Assembly: GCA_965649765.1 (NCBI GenBank) | Contig: OZ287756.1 | Span: 43,400,001 to 43,464,000 of the forward strand | Length of the DNA stretch: 64,000 bases | Direction: 5' to 3' | Source of the DNA: Bispira polyomma | Lineage: Eukaryota | Part shown: piece by piece, positions 51,551 to 63,240 of the stretch | How positions within the stretch are numbered: the first letter of the stretch is position 1 | Layout: every line of letters begins with the position of its first letter | Program-made: the position numbers and the translations under genes | Notes under the pieces: model-generated | The model's input: only the letters and a program-made list of their open reading frames with translations | The model's database searches: none | Told to the model about the DNA's origin: nothing

Positions 51551-52783
51551 ATGGGGAAAACAAAAGCAACTCCTGTGTTAAGCAGCAAGAAACGGACCAC
51601 AAAGACAACTTCAACTAGTACAGCCAAGAAAAGGGGTACTGGTCAGGTAACTACTACTAATACTCACGATCAATCAGAAATACATAGAACAGTCATTGCC
51701 GACACTGCGTGTCCTCTTATTGATTCTCAGTTATTGACCAGTTCAAATGGATCATCTAGCCAAGCCGGGCTCTCATCTCAGGCCGTACCCCAGTCACAAG
51801 CCGAGTCACAAAGCATGTCCGAGGTTCTTTCCATCCTGCGTGGTCTGGAGACCTCCAACGCTAACATAACCCGGCGATTGCAACTCGTAGAGGACAAACA
51901 GACAGTTACACCCGCTAATTCTCCATTACACACCATGAGGGATGGTACGGTGGTCCAACAGAGACACGAGGGTTATTCGTTACCTCTTCCCCCTCCCAGG
52001 TACAACGGGGTCGCGCAGCCGCTGGCTCAACCTATGATGCAACCACCAACAAGTCAGGGTTACAACACAGATGGCATTGTCCCCAGTCTCGATGCATTGA
52101 GATCTTTTCCAAACGTGCAGGCGGCCGTTACCAGGCAGCTGGCTGACTACGAAGCCTTGGCCCAGAGGGGTCTAGTCCAGGGTAAGCACTCAATCAGGCA
52201 GAAGTCTAGTCGTTATAACTCCACAGATATTACTTTAGCTGATCCCCAACTCAGATGGTCTAACGAAGGTTGGGGTGGGGGATCGACTCGTCGAAGGCCA
52301 GTCTTTGACGACCTCACGTTGCCGCAGTGGGCGGCTGGCCAGCTGGCCAACTCGCTACAAGTAAGTGATCCGGCAACAATGAAAGCTATGGTGAACCAAG
52401 TGGTACACGCACTACGGGATGCAGCCACACTTCCGTGGCCTGCTGTCAGGACAGCCTGGGCTGTCAGTATGCATGAGATCGAGGAAGGCAGGCTGTCCTG
52501 GCAGGACAACACTCAGTGGGCACTGAATCGCATCAGTGCCTCCCAGATGGCTATGGTAGGCAACAATGGCAGTAACTTGGCTAACGGGGCTTCTTCAGAT
52601 AGTAAATCCATCTGTAAGCTGTTTAATAATGGAAAGTGTACTCACAAGGCGGATCATGGCAATTATCGTCATGTATGTTGGTGTTGTAATAAGACATTAG
52701 GAAAGGACGCGTCGCACCCAGTGTTTAAATGCTTTAAAGCGAATGTAAGTAAACAGCCAGACAAACAACAAGGTAACATCTAG
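51551..52783 (+). CDS. Gag-like ORF1 of element A with C-terminal Cys/His zinc fingers
   Basis: Open 410-codon frame; FDDLTLPQWAAG, W..VR...A...HEIEEGRLSW and CKLFNNGKCTH...HVCWCC...H....C. Confidence 0.85.
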   Translation: MGKTKATPVLSSKKRTTKTTSTSTAKKRGTGQVTTTNTHDQSEIHRTVIADTACPLIDSQLLTSSNGSSSQAGLSSQAVPQSQAESQSMSEVLSILRGLETSNANITRRLQLVEDKQTVTPANSPLHTMRDGTVVQQRHEGYSLPLPPPRYNGVAQPLAQPMMQPPTSQGYNTDGIVPSLDALRSFPNVQAAVTRQLADYEALAQRGLVQGKHSIRQKSSRYNSTDITLADPQLRWSNEGWGGGSTRRRPVFDDLTLPQWAAGQLANSLQVSDPATMKAMVNQVVHALRDAATLPWPAVRTAWAVSMHEIEEGRLSWQDNTQWALNRISASQMAMVGNNGSNLANGASSDSKSICKLFNNGKCTHKADHGNYRHVCWCCNKTLGKDASHPVFKCFKANVSKQPDKQQGNI

Positions 52784-53718
52784 GGCCACGATTCACAACC
52801 AGTCGGACGAACATTAGGTAGTGATAAGGGTAATTCAATGATGAACGGTAACAGTAAATTTGTAAAAGAGTTTAATATAAAGGACAAAAACAGTGAATTA
52901 GGTTATTGCGACAGAAGTATGTCTGAAATTAATACAATTGTGCAAAGTTCCAATAGTAATGATTATCAGCAGATGATAATGTCAGATAGTACAAGGTTTG
53001 TCAATAATGTATTCAACACTGATATAAAGGTGAACTTTGTTGATAATGATGTCTTTAATAATTTTGCAGTTTCAGTAGATGCTGGCGACAACTACCAGTA
53101 TGAAACCAAGAATGTAAATGAATGTATTCAATTTCAGAGCAGGACCCAGTCGGGTCACCATAGATGGGACAGGAGCACTGAGGCCTGCATTTCAAATGGG
53201 AGCAGTCACTATGCTAATTCACCAGCTTGGAACAAAGAGTCACACACGTGTCAGGTATCAGTTACCAATTGGAAAACTTTTTGTGGGGAAATTCAAAACT
53301 TGGCCCCAATTGTTTACATTAGGGATAGGGATGGAAAATTCTCAGGTTATTTCCACATGTTTTATGACGTGACTGCTGCCAAGTGTGTATATGCTCGTGT
53401 TGAATTTCCACCTAGCCAAAACCTTTGTATTATTCAAACCTTCACCAGGCTGTGATCAAGCAAGCTGCTGATACATTTTATTATTTCGAAAGAGATAATG
53501 CCTGTTTCAAGCAGTTGGGTTTTGATTATACTGAATACATGAACAGGTTAGTAAATGCACTTATTAGTGACAGTGAAGACGAAACACCTGACAGTTGCCA
53601 TAAGTCAGACAATTGTGCAGACTTGTCAAATGTAAGTACACAAAAACCAAGTGAGACTGTAAACAGTCTGATTTGTGATAAAATATACATGAACTAGTCG
53701 AGCAATGAATGCACTCAA

Positions 53719-55518
53719 ATGGTTGATAGTGTTCGAGCAAACAAGGATTTGTACAAAGAAATTAAGGACTTTAATGACCCCGAGAAAACCATGGGTTTCT
53801 TGGCACTTTCCTCAACAGCATTCACATTCATAGGTCCTGACAAACCTGTTGAGAGAATTGAAACAGTAGAAGACATGCTGCAAGTGGCTTCTGTTATCAG
53901 AAACACTGCACTTCCCAATTATAGACAAGCAAGGGTTCCCCTGGTGTCAGGACTTAATCCAGATGCATGGGATGAAGTTTTCCAAGATTATCCTGACCAG
54001 TTGCTGTGTCAGTACATTAGATTCGGCTTTCCTCTTTCTCTCACCAATCCAGAAATGCTTAACAATGCCTCTGTCACCAATCATTATTCTGCCCTCCAAC
54101 ACACAAGTAATGTGAGAGAATATCTGGTTAAAGAAAGTAATAAGGGTGCCATGTTGGGCCCAGTGAAGGAGGTTAGCTCCTCCCATTACCATTGTTCACC
54201 ACTTCTCACACGTCCCAAGGACATTACTAGTCGTAGGGTAATTCTTAACCTCTCATACCCACAAGGTAATTCGCTTAATGAGAATGTTGATAAGGATATA
54301 TTTGATGGGAAAAAATTTATTCTGAAATTTCCTACAATCGATGATATTACTAGTGCGGTCAAAGTCACAGATGATCTGGTATTGTTTAAAATCGACGTAG
54401 CTCGCGCTTTCCGTAATTTGCGTGTAGATCCTGTCGACGCTGTAAAATTAGGAATCCAGTTTGAAAAGGGTAGTTACATAGATCCTGCGGTGGCGTTTGG
54501 CTGGATTCATGGCAGCGCGGCGTTTCAACGCTGCTCTGACGCAATAGCGTCATATATGCGCAAAAACGGTTTCAATATGTTCTGCTATATCGACGATTAC
54601 ATTTGCGTCTCCAATAGAGTAGAGGCTCACGGGGGTTTTCAGATTTTGACCAAACTGCTAGACTATTTAGGTCTCCCCATGAATGCCAACAAACGCACCC
54701 CACCTAGTACTAGCATTACTTGTTTGGGTATTAACATTGACACTGTCGCTGGTACTATTAGCATCCAGCATGGGAAAATAGAAGAGATTCTTGAATGTGT
54801 GTGCGACGTGTTTAACAGGCGCTTCATAACGCACAGTTGTTTTCAGTCCCTCTTAGGGAAACTTCTGTATGTGCACAAATGCGTCAAGCCGGCACGCACT
54901 TTTATTAATAGACTGCTTCACGCATTTAGAAACAACAAGGGTAAGAAGAAATTTGCTATTTCTCAAGACATGCGGAACGACTTAGCGTGGTTCAAGCAGT
55001 TCTTACAGACATTTAACGGAGTAACTTTCATTGACCATCCTATGATTCAAAACATGAGTGAGTTACATTTAGACGCTTGCCTTACCGGTTTAGGAGGCGT
55101 GTGGAAAGATGAGGTGTACGCTACACCATATTTCAATGTTTTTGGCAGAGAGTTGACAATAGTTCACTTAGAGATGCTGAATATCATTCTCGTGTTTCGT
55201 GTATGGGCGTTAAAGTGGGCGCATCAACGGGTTTTGTTTCACTGTGACAACATGGCCGTAGTACTGGTTGTGAATTCACAAAAAACTAAGGATGACTTTC
55301 TGGCCTCATGTTTGAGGAATATCTGGCTGCTAGCAGCCACACATGACATCACAATTGACATACAACACATTCCAGGAAAAAACAATGTGATTGCAGATGC
55401 TCTTTCTAGACTATTATCAGATAAACCTCCTACTGCAGAGCTAACTGTTAAATTACAAAATTGTTATAAATGGAATGAGGTCCCTATAAGGTACTTTGAC
55501 CTGGCCTTATCTGTGTAA
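53719..55518 (+). CDS. Reverse transcriptase/RNase H of element A
   Basis: FGFPL, NHYSA, KIDVARAFR, YIDD, LDAC, HLEMLN, HCDN, IPGKNNVIADALSR. The upstream linker (52838-53697) has a frameshift and a stop. Confidence 0.92.
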   Translation: MVDSVRANKDLYKEIKDFNDPEKTMGFLALSSTAFTFIGPDKPVERIETVEDMLQVASVIRNTALPNYRQARVPLVSGLNPDAWDEVFQDYPDQLLCQYIRFGFPLSLTNPEMLNNASVTNHYSALQHTSNVREYLVKESNKGAMLGPVKEVSSSHYHCSPLLTRPKDITSRRVILNLSYPQGNSLNENVDKDIFDGKKFILKFPTIDDITSAVKVTDDLVLFKIDVARAFRNLRVDPVDAVKLGIQFEKGSYIDPAVAFGWIHGSAAFQRCSDAIASYMRKNGFNMFCYIDDYICVSNRVEAHGGFQILTKLLDYLGLPMNANKRTPPSTSITCLGINIDTVAGTISIQHGKIEEILECVCDVFNRRFITHSCFQSLLGKLLYVHKCVKPARTFINRLLHAFRNNKGKKKFAISQDMRNDLAWFKQFLQTFNGVTFIDHPMIQNMSELHLDACLTGLGGVWKDEVYATPYFNVFGRELTIVHLEMLNIILVFRVWALKWAHQRVLFHCDNMAVVLVVNSQKTKDDFLASCLRNIWLLAATHDITIDIQHIPGKNNVIADALSRLLSDKPPTAELTVKLQNCYKWNEVPIRYFDLALSV

Positions 55519-55524
55519 TTTCAG

Positions 55525-56498
55525 GTTCTGCCAGTTCCACTCATACACTTGTTCAATCAGCCTGCAACAGAATAGACTTGGCACTGCGACCAAAGACCAC
55601 TACAGCTTACAGTAACCAATTCAAGACATTTTTAGCTTTCTTACATGTTGCTGGCATTAAACACATTAATGTTTCATCAGTTCTGGCTTTCTTAGAATAC
55701 TTAGCACAGAATAGCCTTTCACCGGCTGTCATTGCCAATTACCTCTCATCACTTAAATTTATGGCTAACAAATTACAGTGGAGTATGGCTCCTTTTACAC
55801 ACAACTCTGTTTCTTTATTTACGAGAAGCATTACCATCAACTCTACTTTCAGGCCTAGACCTAAGGGATTGTTTGATATACATCAGTTAACACAGATATC
55901 CCAAGCTTGTCAGATATTGCAGGATCCAGTACTTTTTAGGGCCATTTTCCTTCTAGCCTTTTTTGGCTTCTTGAGACTTTCCAATCTGGCTTCTCACTCT
56001 AGGGCAGCGTTTGACCCATCTAGGCACTTTCTTAGACAGGATATTATCTTTGCCCCTCCTGGGGCCCATGTCATCTTGAAATGGGCTAAGAACCTTCAAA
56101 ACAGATCAGACTCCCACATTATACAAATTCCTGTACTTCAAAACCAAATTTTATGTCCAGTAAGGGCTATACAGCAGCTTATCTTGTCTAGGCCTCTCCC
56201 TCCATCTGCACCACTGTTTGCAGTTAACTCACCACCATTTTACCCAGTCATAGAGACACATGTGAGAGTCGCATTACAGAGAGTTTTAGAACACATAGGC
56301 ATTCCATACCATTCACACGGGTTCCACACATTTAGGAGGTCGAGGGCCACATTTGCTTTCAATAAAAACGTATCACTGCAGAATATTATGTCCCATGGCC
56401 TGTGGAGGTCTTCAGCTGTATGGACCTACCTACAGAAGACCTCCCAAGCTGCTTCAGTGGTGCCTCTCACCTTTGCTGCGGCTATCCCTCCTTCTTAG
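55525..56498 (+). CDS. Tyrosine recombinase of element A (no ATG start; begins at a splice acceptor)
   Basis: GFLRLSNL, WAK, HTFRR, HGLW, VWTY give an intact R-K-H-R-W-Y set. Preceded by aatttcag| at 55524. Confidence 0.9.
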
Positions 56499-56844
56499 TT
56501 GGGCTTGGGGCTTAAAATTCCATCCTGAAATTTTAACTGAATTTGATTGTCAACCTGTACATAAGCTAACATGTAAATAAAAACCTCAAATGCAATCTTT
56601 TACTGTCTTATAATAAACTTACTTATTAACTTATAACTTATCACACCACCATTGGACTGTGTAGATTATCCCATTTTTTTTCTCTCCTTTATACATGTTA
56701 TGCCATGTTGTGTGGAGTTTTAGGATACATCCCATTTATTTACAGTGCCCTGACCTTGAGTTTTTAAGAAATTGACCTTGCAAGAAAGACTAGCAGTTGG
56801 GATATATATATTTAATATATTCCTACACATATAGTTACAATTGA

Positions 56845-57056
56845 GGCCACCTTAAAAGAAAAAATTTTTTAGAGCTTAGTCAAAGTTCACCTTAAGAGTG
56901 ACTTTGCGTCGACTAAGTTTAAGATTAACGTAACTTTAAGTTTAAGTTTAATTTTACCAAAATTTAAGGTAACCTTAACGAATTACATGATTTCTGCTGG
57001 CCTTAGCCTTACAACTGTCCAGTTAAGGTTACGAAATGTTTGACTATAAGGTGGCC
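56845..57056. mobile_element. Short palindromic MITE-like element
   Basis: GGCCACCTTA...TAAGGTGGCC termini flanked by ttga/ttaa, with internal nested inverted repeats (cttagtc/gactaag, caaagttcac/gtgactttg). Confidence 0.55.
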
Positions 57057-57133
57057 TTAAGTATATAATAAATTTTACAAATTATAGCATAAAAATCATA
57101 GTAAAAACAAAGACAATAACCACCAAGGCCCAA

Positions 57134-58126
57134 CTAGGAAGTAGAAATAGGGTTAAGAAGGGATTGGAGAGGTAGGGCTACCTGGTCAGAGGCAGCATGG
57201 TCCTGAGTGATATATCTCCACACACACTCAGAAGACCAAATGCCCTGACTTTGAATGTCTTGAAGAGGAACATGGACGTTAAAGGCCATTGTCGCCCCAG
57301 AGCGCCGAAAAGTATGGAATGTGATATTAGCTTGCGTTTTGTTTAGTCTGCTCAAGATATCCTTAAGATTTCTACGTATTTTGCTGTCAGTAAGGGTTAT
57401 CCACCGAGAATTAGTTTTAATTTGAAACAATGGGGTGTTCTTACTGCCTGGTGTAATTGCCAGCAATTTTTTGAGGGCTGTAACCGGGCAGATGGTTTTA
57501 TTTTGCAGTGATGGAATTTTAATGGCTTTGATTGTGTCTCTAGCTTGTAAAGTTTTTGTCCATTTTATGATTATATGGGCACCTGGAGGGGCGAAGATAA
57601 TATCAACCCTAGCTAACTGGTGCAATGGTGAATAAGTAGCTTGAGAGTGGGGGACTAAGTTAGAGATTTTGAGGAAAGAAAAGAAGGCAAGCAGATAGGC
57701 TGCCTTGTAAATTTGCCCCATATACATGGAATCACAGATGGTGGCTATGTTTTGCAATAAATCGATGTCTATAATGCCATTTATTTTGGCTTTGAATGGT
57801 TTGTTTAGCACCAGAGCTTTTTGAAAATATTTAATTCTTTGATCTGCAAAAGCAGTAATTTGGAGACCATACAATGACATACTAGCCTTAATGGCGGCGA
57901 GGTAATTTGAAACAGAAGTATGCGACGTGTTGTTCACTACTAATACTTCTAGAAAGGCTAGCACTGATGTGGGGGTAATATTGTAAATTGAGATGTTAGC
58001 AAAACAGCAGTAAGCTAAAAAATACTTTGAACATGGCTGCGTATGCTTTTTGTGTAGAAGGGCGAAAAGCCTGATGTGCTCTATAGGCTGCTCTTTCTGC
58101 AAGCTTTGACACCCAGGTTGCAGAGC
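57134..58126 (-). pseudogene. Tyrosine recombinase of element B, disabled
   Basis: FSFLKISNL (catalytic R replaced by K), HTFRRSGA, VWRY. One extra T in the run at ~58017-58022 shifts AFRPSTQKAYAAMFKVF out of the main frame. Confidence 0.85.
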
Positions 58127-58143
58127 CTGAAAAATTTATAAAG

Positions 58144-59800
58144 CTAAATTGACCAATTTACCTCTAGGAGGTCATCGTTGACCTCTATCCAAGTAGGATT
58201 TTGCATTAATTCATTTAATTTTGCTTCATTATTAGGGGTAATAGCCCATCTGGAGAGTAAGTCAGCTGTAACGTTTCTTTTACCAAGGATATGTACAGTT
58301 CTTAACTCTATGTCTACCTTTGCAGCTTCCATATAAATGTTTCTGGTCATTGCTGCCAGAGTAAGATCATATGTCTTGCCTGAATTTAGAATAGATACAA
58401 CAGCTTGATTGTCACAATGTACAAGCAATTTGCGTCCAGTCCATTGATTTTTCCAAATTCTGATTGCAACTAAGATATTAATCATTTCGAGATGGACTAT
58501 GGTGTAATTTCTATAGCCAAGCCAAATTTCTTTGGTATAAACTTCATTATTACAGCAAGCACCTTGGCCTTGCAGACATGCATCTAGGTGTACCCGATCT
58601 GTTACCGGTCTATGTTCACAGAAAGTCATGTCATTAAAGCTTGTGAGAAAAGTGTTGAACCAATTGAGGTCCTGATGAAATGTTATATCAAGCATATTTT
58701 GTGAACCCCTTAGGGTATCTAGCATTCTATTAAGATAAGCTCGTGAAGTTCTGACACATTTGGAGATGTATAATAATGAACTGAGTAGAGATTGAAGCTC
58801 TTTTTTGGTGCATGCTTTTTTATTAGTCCATGAATGACATATTTGCTTTATCTCAGTGAGTTTAGTTTCCGGTATGGACACAGTAAAATCCTCTGTATTC
58901 ACTAGAACCCCTAGACATATTACTTTGGTACTAGGTGGAACTTCTTTTTTCTGGCTAATGGCAAATCCTAATTTTTGGAAGAGTTCTTTTAGTTTTTCAA
59001 ATGAGTCGCCAATTGTGTCTGAAAGGCCGTAACCAATGACGTCATCTTTATAGTTTATGACGTCATGACCTAGTGACGTCATCATAAACCGAATCACGTC
59101 ACTGAGGCTTTGAAATATTGCACTGCTGTGGCGATAGCCAAATGGCAGGCACGTGTCAATATAGTAGTCATTGAGTTGAAGCCCTAGTAGGTCATAGTCG
59201 GCTGGGTCGATCTTTATGTGCCTAAATGCACGACTAATGTCTAACTTATATAATAATGCTCCTTTACCTAATTTGACAATATTCCGAGTAATGTCATCTA
59301 CTGTGGGAAGCGTGAGAATAAAAGGAGTATCTAAATACTGATCTCTATTTATAGCTGAGTTGACTGCTTGGCCTTGTGGGCAACTTAAGTCAGTTATTAC
59401 TCTACGGTGCTTAGCATCCGGTTTAGGCCAAGTCATGAAGGGAGAGATATGTAATTCAGATAGTGGGGGTTCTTTGAATGGTCCAATTATTGCACCAAAT
59501 TCTTTTTCTTCTTTAAGATAAGCTTTCACATCATTTTCGAGCAAAGTTGCAGAGCTATGATTTGCTCCCTTATTTTCTAGAGGACAAGCTCTATTAAAGT
59601 CTAGGGGAAAGCCGAATTTAATGAGATGTATCAATTGATTATCCCAGTAATTGTCTAAGAATTTTTCCCATTCATTGACCTGTAGTTGAGAGACCACTGG
59701 TATCTAGGCCCCCAGGAAATTTTGACAATTTTGACTTTTGACAACTTTGTGCAATTCTAGTGGATCACCTGAGTTCCTAGAGGAATAAAACCAAACTTTT
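58144..59800 (-). pseudogene. RT/RNase H of element B
   Basis: KFGFPL, NHSSA, KLDISRAFRH, YKDD, LDAC, HCDN, ADLLSR. In-frame stops at ~59705 and ~59757. Confidence 0.88.
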
Positions 59801-60505
59801 CTTTATTTTGGCTGTTCCATTTCTTGAATAGGGGATTGTTTTCTGCCTTTGCAATAACCTCCCTGTGTTTTCTTTTTATCTGAAGTTGTACTTCGTATTT
59901 GTCCTCACATTGACTACTAGGGACATTGTTAGCCGTTTTGTCATTAGAATAGGATGTGGTATCATTTCCAGTGAAATTTTGTAGGGGTGTGAATCTATTT
60001 TGACAAATTATGCCACCTTTGTCACTCTCCCCACGACCCCACGTTTCTCTAGAGATTACCTTGTTGACTCCATTCATAGCAGAGGTGCGACTCTGACCAT
60101 TGTTCTGGTCCTGAACATTTAATTGAATATTTTCTAGACATTTCACACCACACTGTGGGGTGTGATATTATTTCTTCATACCTTCATGAATTTTCCTGAA
60201 ACTGTGTGCATTATTTACAGATACAGTTGTGTACATTTTATTATTGATACTTGAGCGACAATTGGAGGGACTTTTCTGGCCATTTCTTATTAACCTTTCA
60301 GAAGAATACTTTTGACCTTTAGTACCCATGTTTTGTTTCACTACTTGAGCATAGGATTTGTTTGCAAACCTAGCCCAGTCAGCCCTCCAATTGTCACTCT
60401 GGTTTTTGACATTAGTGTTATGTACAGTACGACTACTACAATACTGATTCTGATCTTTGTTATATACAGGAATATTACAATCATATTTTCTATTATAACC
60501 TTTAT

Positions 60506-60539
60506 GCACTGCTGTACTGCAGTGCCTTACTCGTTTTTT
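60506..60539 (-). promoter_or_regulatory. Candidate -1 ribosomal frameshift signal at the gag-pol junction of element B
   Basis: A AAA AAC (60539-60533) in the gag frame, 7-nt spacer, then the hairpin GCACTGC-agtaca-GCAGTGC. The -1 frame is open into ORF 60168-60509. Confidence 0.75.
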
Positions 60540-61579
60540 GAACCATTATGCTCAGCAAATTTGCTAGTCTTGTTCCTGTTACAATCTTTTGAGGCATGTG
60601 GAAACGATTTGCCAAAGCCTAAGCAAGTAGCACAAATGTGCAAGTACATCTGCCCCTTCGTCTCATGATCAATTTTATGAGGGCATGAGCCTTTTTGGAA
60701 GTATCTGCAAGGGATTCCCTTGTCACTTCCTTTATGAACCCTATTTGAATTTGTAAATGTAGAATGACTGGTATTATTGACTACTTTTTGGGCATGGGCC
60801 CTTCTAATTCGATCAATTTTGGTGGTCTCTTCCCACGAGACTTTGCCTTCCTCCATGCGACATAACAGGACTGCATGACTAGCTTTCGCTGCCGTCTAAG
60901 AAAAATCGTTACAGTCCTCCATAAGATCTTGAGCATAGTCTAACATGGCATTTTTTAAATCGACATTGTTCTCGTCCCTAACTATTGAACAAAACCCCGA
61001 AACCCATTGCGCCATAGAAAGGCTATCATATGTAGTGCGAGTTTTTGTAGTACCTCCTAGAATATGGTTCTGAGGCCAGGCAACCTGGCGTTTTACCCAA
61101 ACAGTATCAGTTCCACCTCTTTGTGACTTAAAATTACCTTTCTCATTTATCCCAGCCAAGTCACGCAGCCTTGAATCCACAGCATGCTGGAGATACTCTG
61201 AGGTTTTCAATGTAGTCAGTGAGGGGACCAGTGTGTCTTCTTTATCTGTAACCGTGGCCAGTGTAGGTTGAGACATCACTGCCTGGACATCAATAGGAAC
61301 AGTCGACTGCACGGACGTGGCTGCAGCCACAGGACGGGTCACTGGAGCTGTTGATACAGCGTTGGCTGCAGCAGCATTGGCAATTTGACTGTTCTCTGTC
61401 CGCTCCACACGTCTATTCAGACCCTTAAGTTCTTCCAATATGTGTAGATTTATCGCCGCACTAGAAGTGTCACTTTGTTCAGTAATTTTAGGTTCATTTA
61501 CAAAAGGACAATTGTCATTTATCGGTTTTCTATGGCTTGTTTTGCAAGCTCTACAATCATATGTAGCACGAGGTGCCAT
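60527..61579 (-). pseudogene. Gag-like ORF1 of element B (W-to-stop at 60896-60898)
   Basis: N-terminal CRACKTSH...C, YDSLSMAQWVSGF, MLDY..DLMED..DFS*, and C-terminal CRYFQKGSCPH...HICATC...H...C. Confidence 0.85.
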
Positions 61580-61794
61580 TTTTCTGCAAATATAAGCACA
61601 AAGATCTTTGGTATATGCGGATTTTACTGGTTGAGGTTGTAAACTTTCTAGAAAACAATTTTATTAAATTTCAAATCAAATTAATGACATCCCTCAACCA
61701 TAGCCCTAAAAGAAGAGCAAAATTCGCATATATCAAAGATATTTTGACAAATCACTCCAGTCAGGTGCCAGCAAGTTCACTTTTTTAATCCAGA

Positions 61795-62385
61795 CAGCAT
61801 TCATTCCATGACTACAACATATATGAAGACTCGGTTACTTGTAAAATAGCACACAAACATAAATAAAAGAATAAAAATAAAGTGTAAAATAAGTTTAAAG
61901 AAAATTTGAAAGTTTGAAAAATGGCGTTCTACCCTTTCCATTTCTTAAATTAAAGTGAGGTTTTATGGCTTTTGGCGGGAATAGCTATAGAATCTAGGCC
62001 AACTGCCATCCAATAAAACGCAAAGGTCATTGAACCAGAATGGTTTTAGTAAGAGAGTTTAAGGTCTGCACTGAACTTACTACTCCCGATGGGTCTACCT
62101 AGCATACTGTATTACATGTTATGCCATGTATTTTGTAGTTTTTTTGGATTATCCTTTATGTTTTGTGTATCGCCTCATAGGATCATACTTTCTACTACTT
62201 GAGGAAATTTTATTTTTCCTTCAATTTTATTCATATTCATTTAACTTATCTTACTGATACCTATTGACAGTTTATTTAAAACTCTGATTTTTTAAATTTT
62301 TACCATACTTCTCCATCTGTATATTGAATTGTTATGATCAATTCTTACTTTATTCATCCATTTAAATAAAGTATGGCTTCATCTT
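61795..62385 (+). repeat. ~600-bp direct repeat, copy 2
   Basis: Matches 49164-49790. Confidence 0.9.
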
Positions 62386-62939
62386 CATGGTTATCTACGG
62401 TTTGCCTATACCACTGTAGTAATGTGATTTACATATCCAACCTACTCTTGTACATTCTGCTTTCACAGATAACCATGACAATTGAATCTGCTACAAGGTC
62501 TAGTCCACGATGTCACTTTACAACAGACTACCCTGTAGCAGTGTCCTCAGCCACATTGTTATCCACGGGTCAGAGTTCAGACACTTCCAAAGAGCATTCC
62601 TCCACCCAAACAGCCTTGCTGTCATAGGAGAAGGTCCGAGTCTATGTCCAAGATCATTACTAGCACCGTTCAGATGCAGTTAGAAGCCAATGGGGTGACC
62701 AATGTCTCACCAGCAGAACTAGGACCACAAACTGGGTAATTACAGGTCTATACAACCAGTCTACCAATGAGAGATTAGGCCGTGTTACTTTGCCAATACT
62801 TACGTGTATCATTTGGTCCAATGTGTATCTGACTTTCCACTTTTACTAGGTGATTGAAATAGTGGAGATTGGAGCTACCACCGTTTCATCAGCCATCCAG
62901 CCTTCAACATTACACAGACACCAAACTCCAGGATAAATC

Positions 62940-63240
62940 ATATTGCCTTGTGGACTAGAACCTCTCTGATAGTTGCCTCTATATACCGCTTAAAAGGCAT
63001 CCATTGCAGGCCTAGGAACTGTTTACCTACATCACCGATATATGCACAAAATTTGGGGGCGCTGCTTACCTTAAATATGATGAGTCATTTCGTTCTAGGA
63101 GTCAGATCTACCCTTATGTGTACCCATGACAAGTGACAAAATGGGACAGCTACTGAACAGTTACTGAATCATTACAAGCCCAGTGACCGCCAGTTCTTAA
63201 AAGACGGTTTCCAGACAGGTTTTCATTTATTATTGGTGGG
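62940..63240 (+). pseudogene. Ngaro-like gag and RT start relic
   Basis: WTRTSLIVASIY / HPLQA*ELFTYITDICTKFGGAAYLKYDESFR, then LLNHYKPSDRQFLKDGFQTGF. Confidence 0.5.

Larger units (their letters stand above)
51236..56661 (+). mobile_element. DIRS-order (Ngaro/PAT-like) tyrosine-recombinase retrotransposon A
   Basis: Gag, RT/RNase H and YR in order. Boundaries are set by interruption of a host repeat (gtggtgtttg|t(g/a)gattatcccatttt) whose uninterrupted copy is at ~50816-50842. Confidence 0.88.
57060..61790 (-). mobile_element. DIRS-order (Ngaro/PAT-like) retrotransposon B, convergent with A
   Basis: Gag 61579-60527, linker, RT/RNase H and YR on the minus strand. Termini are approximate. Confidence 0.88.
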
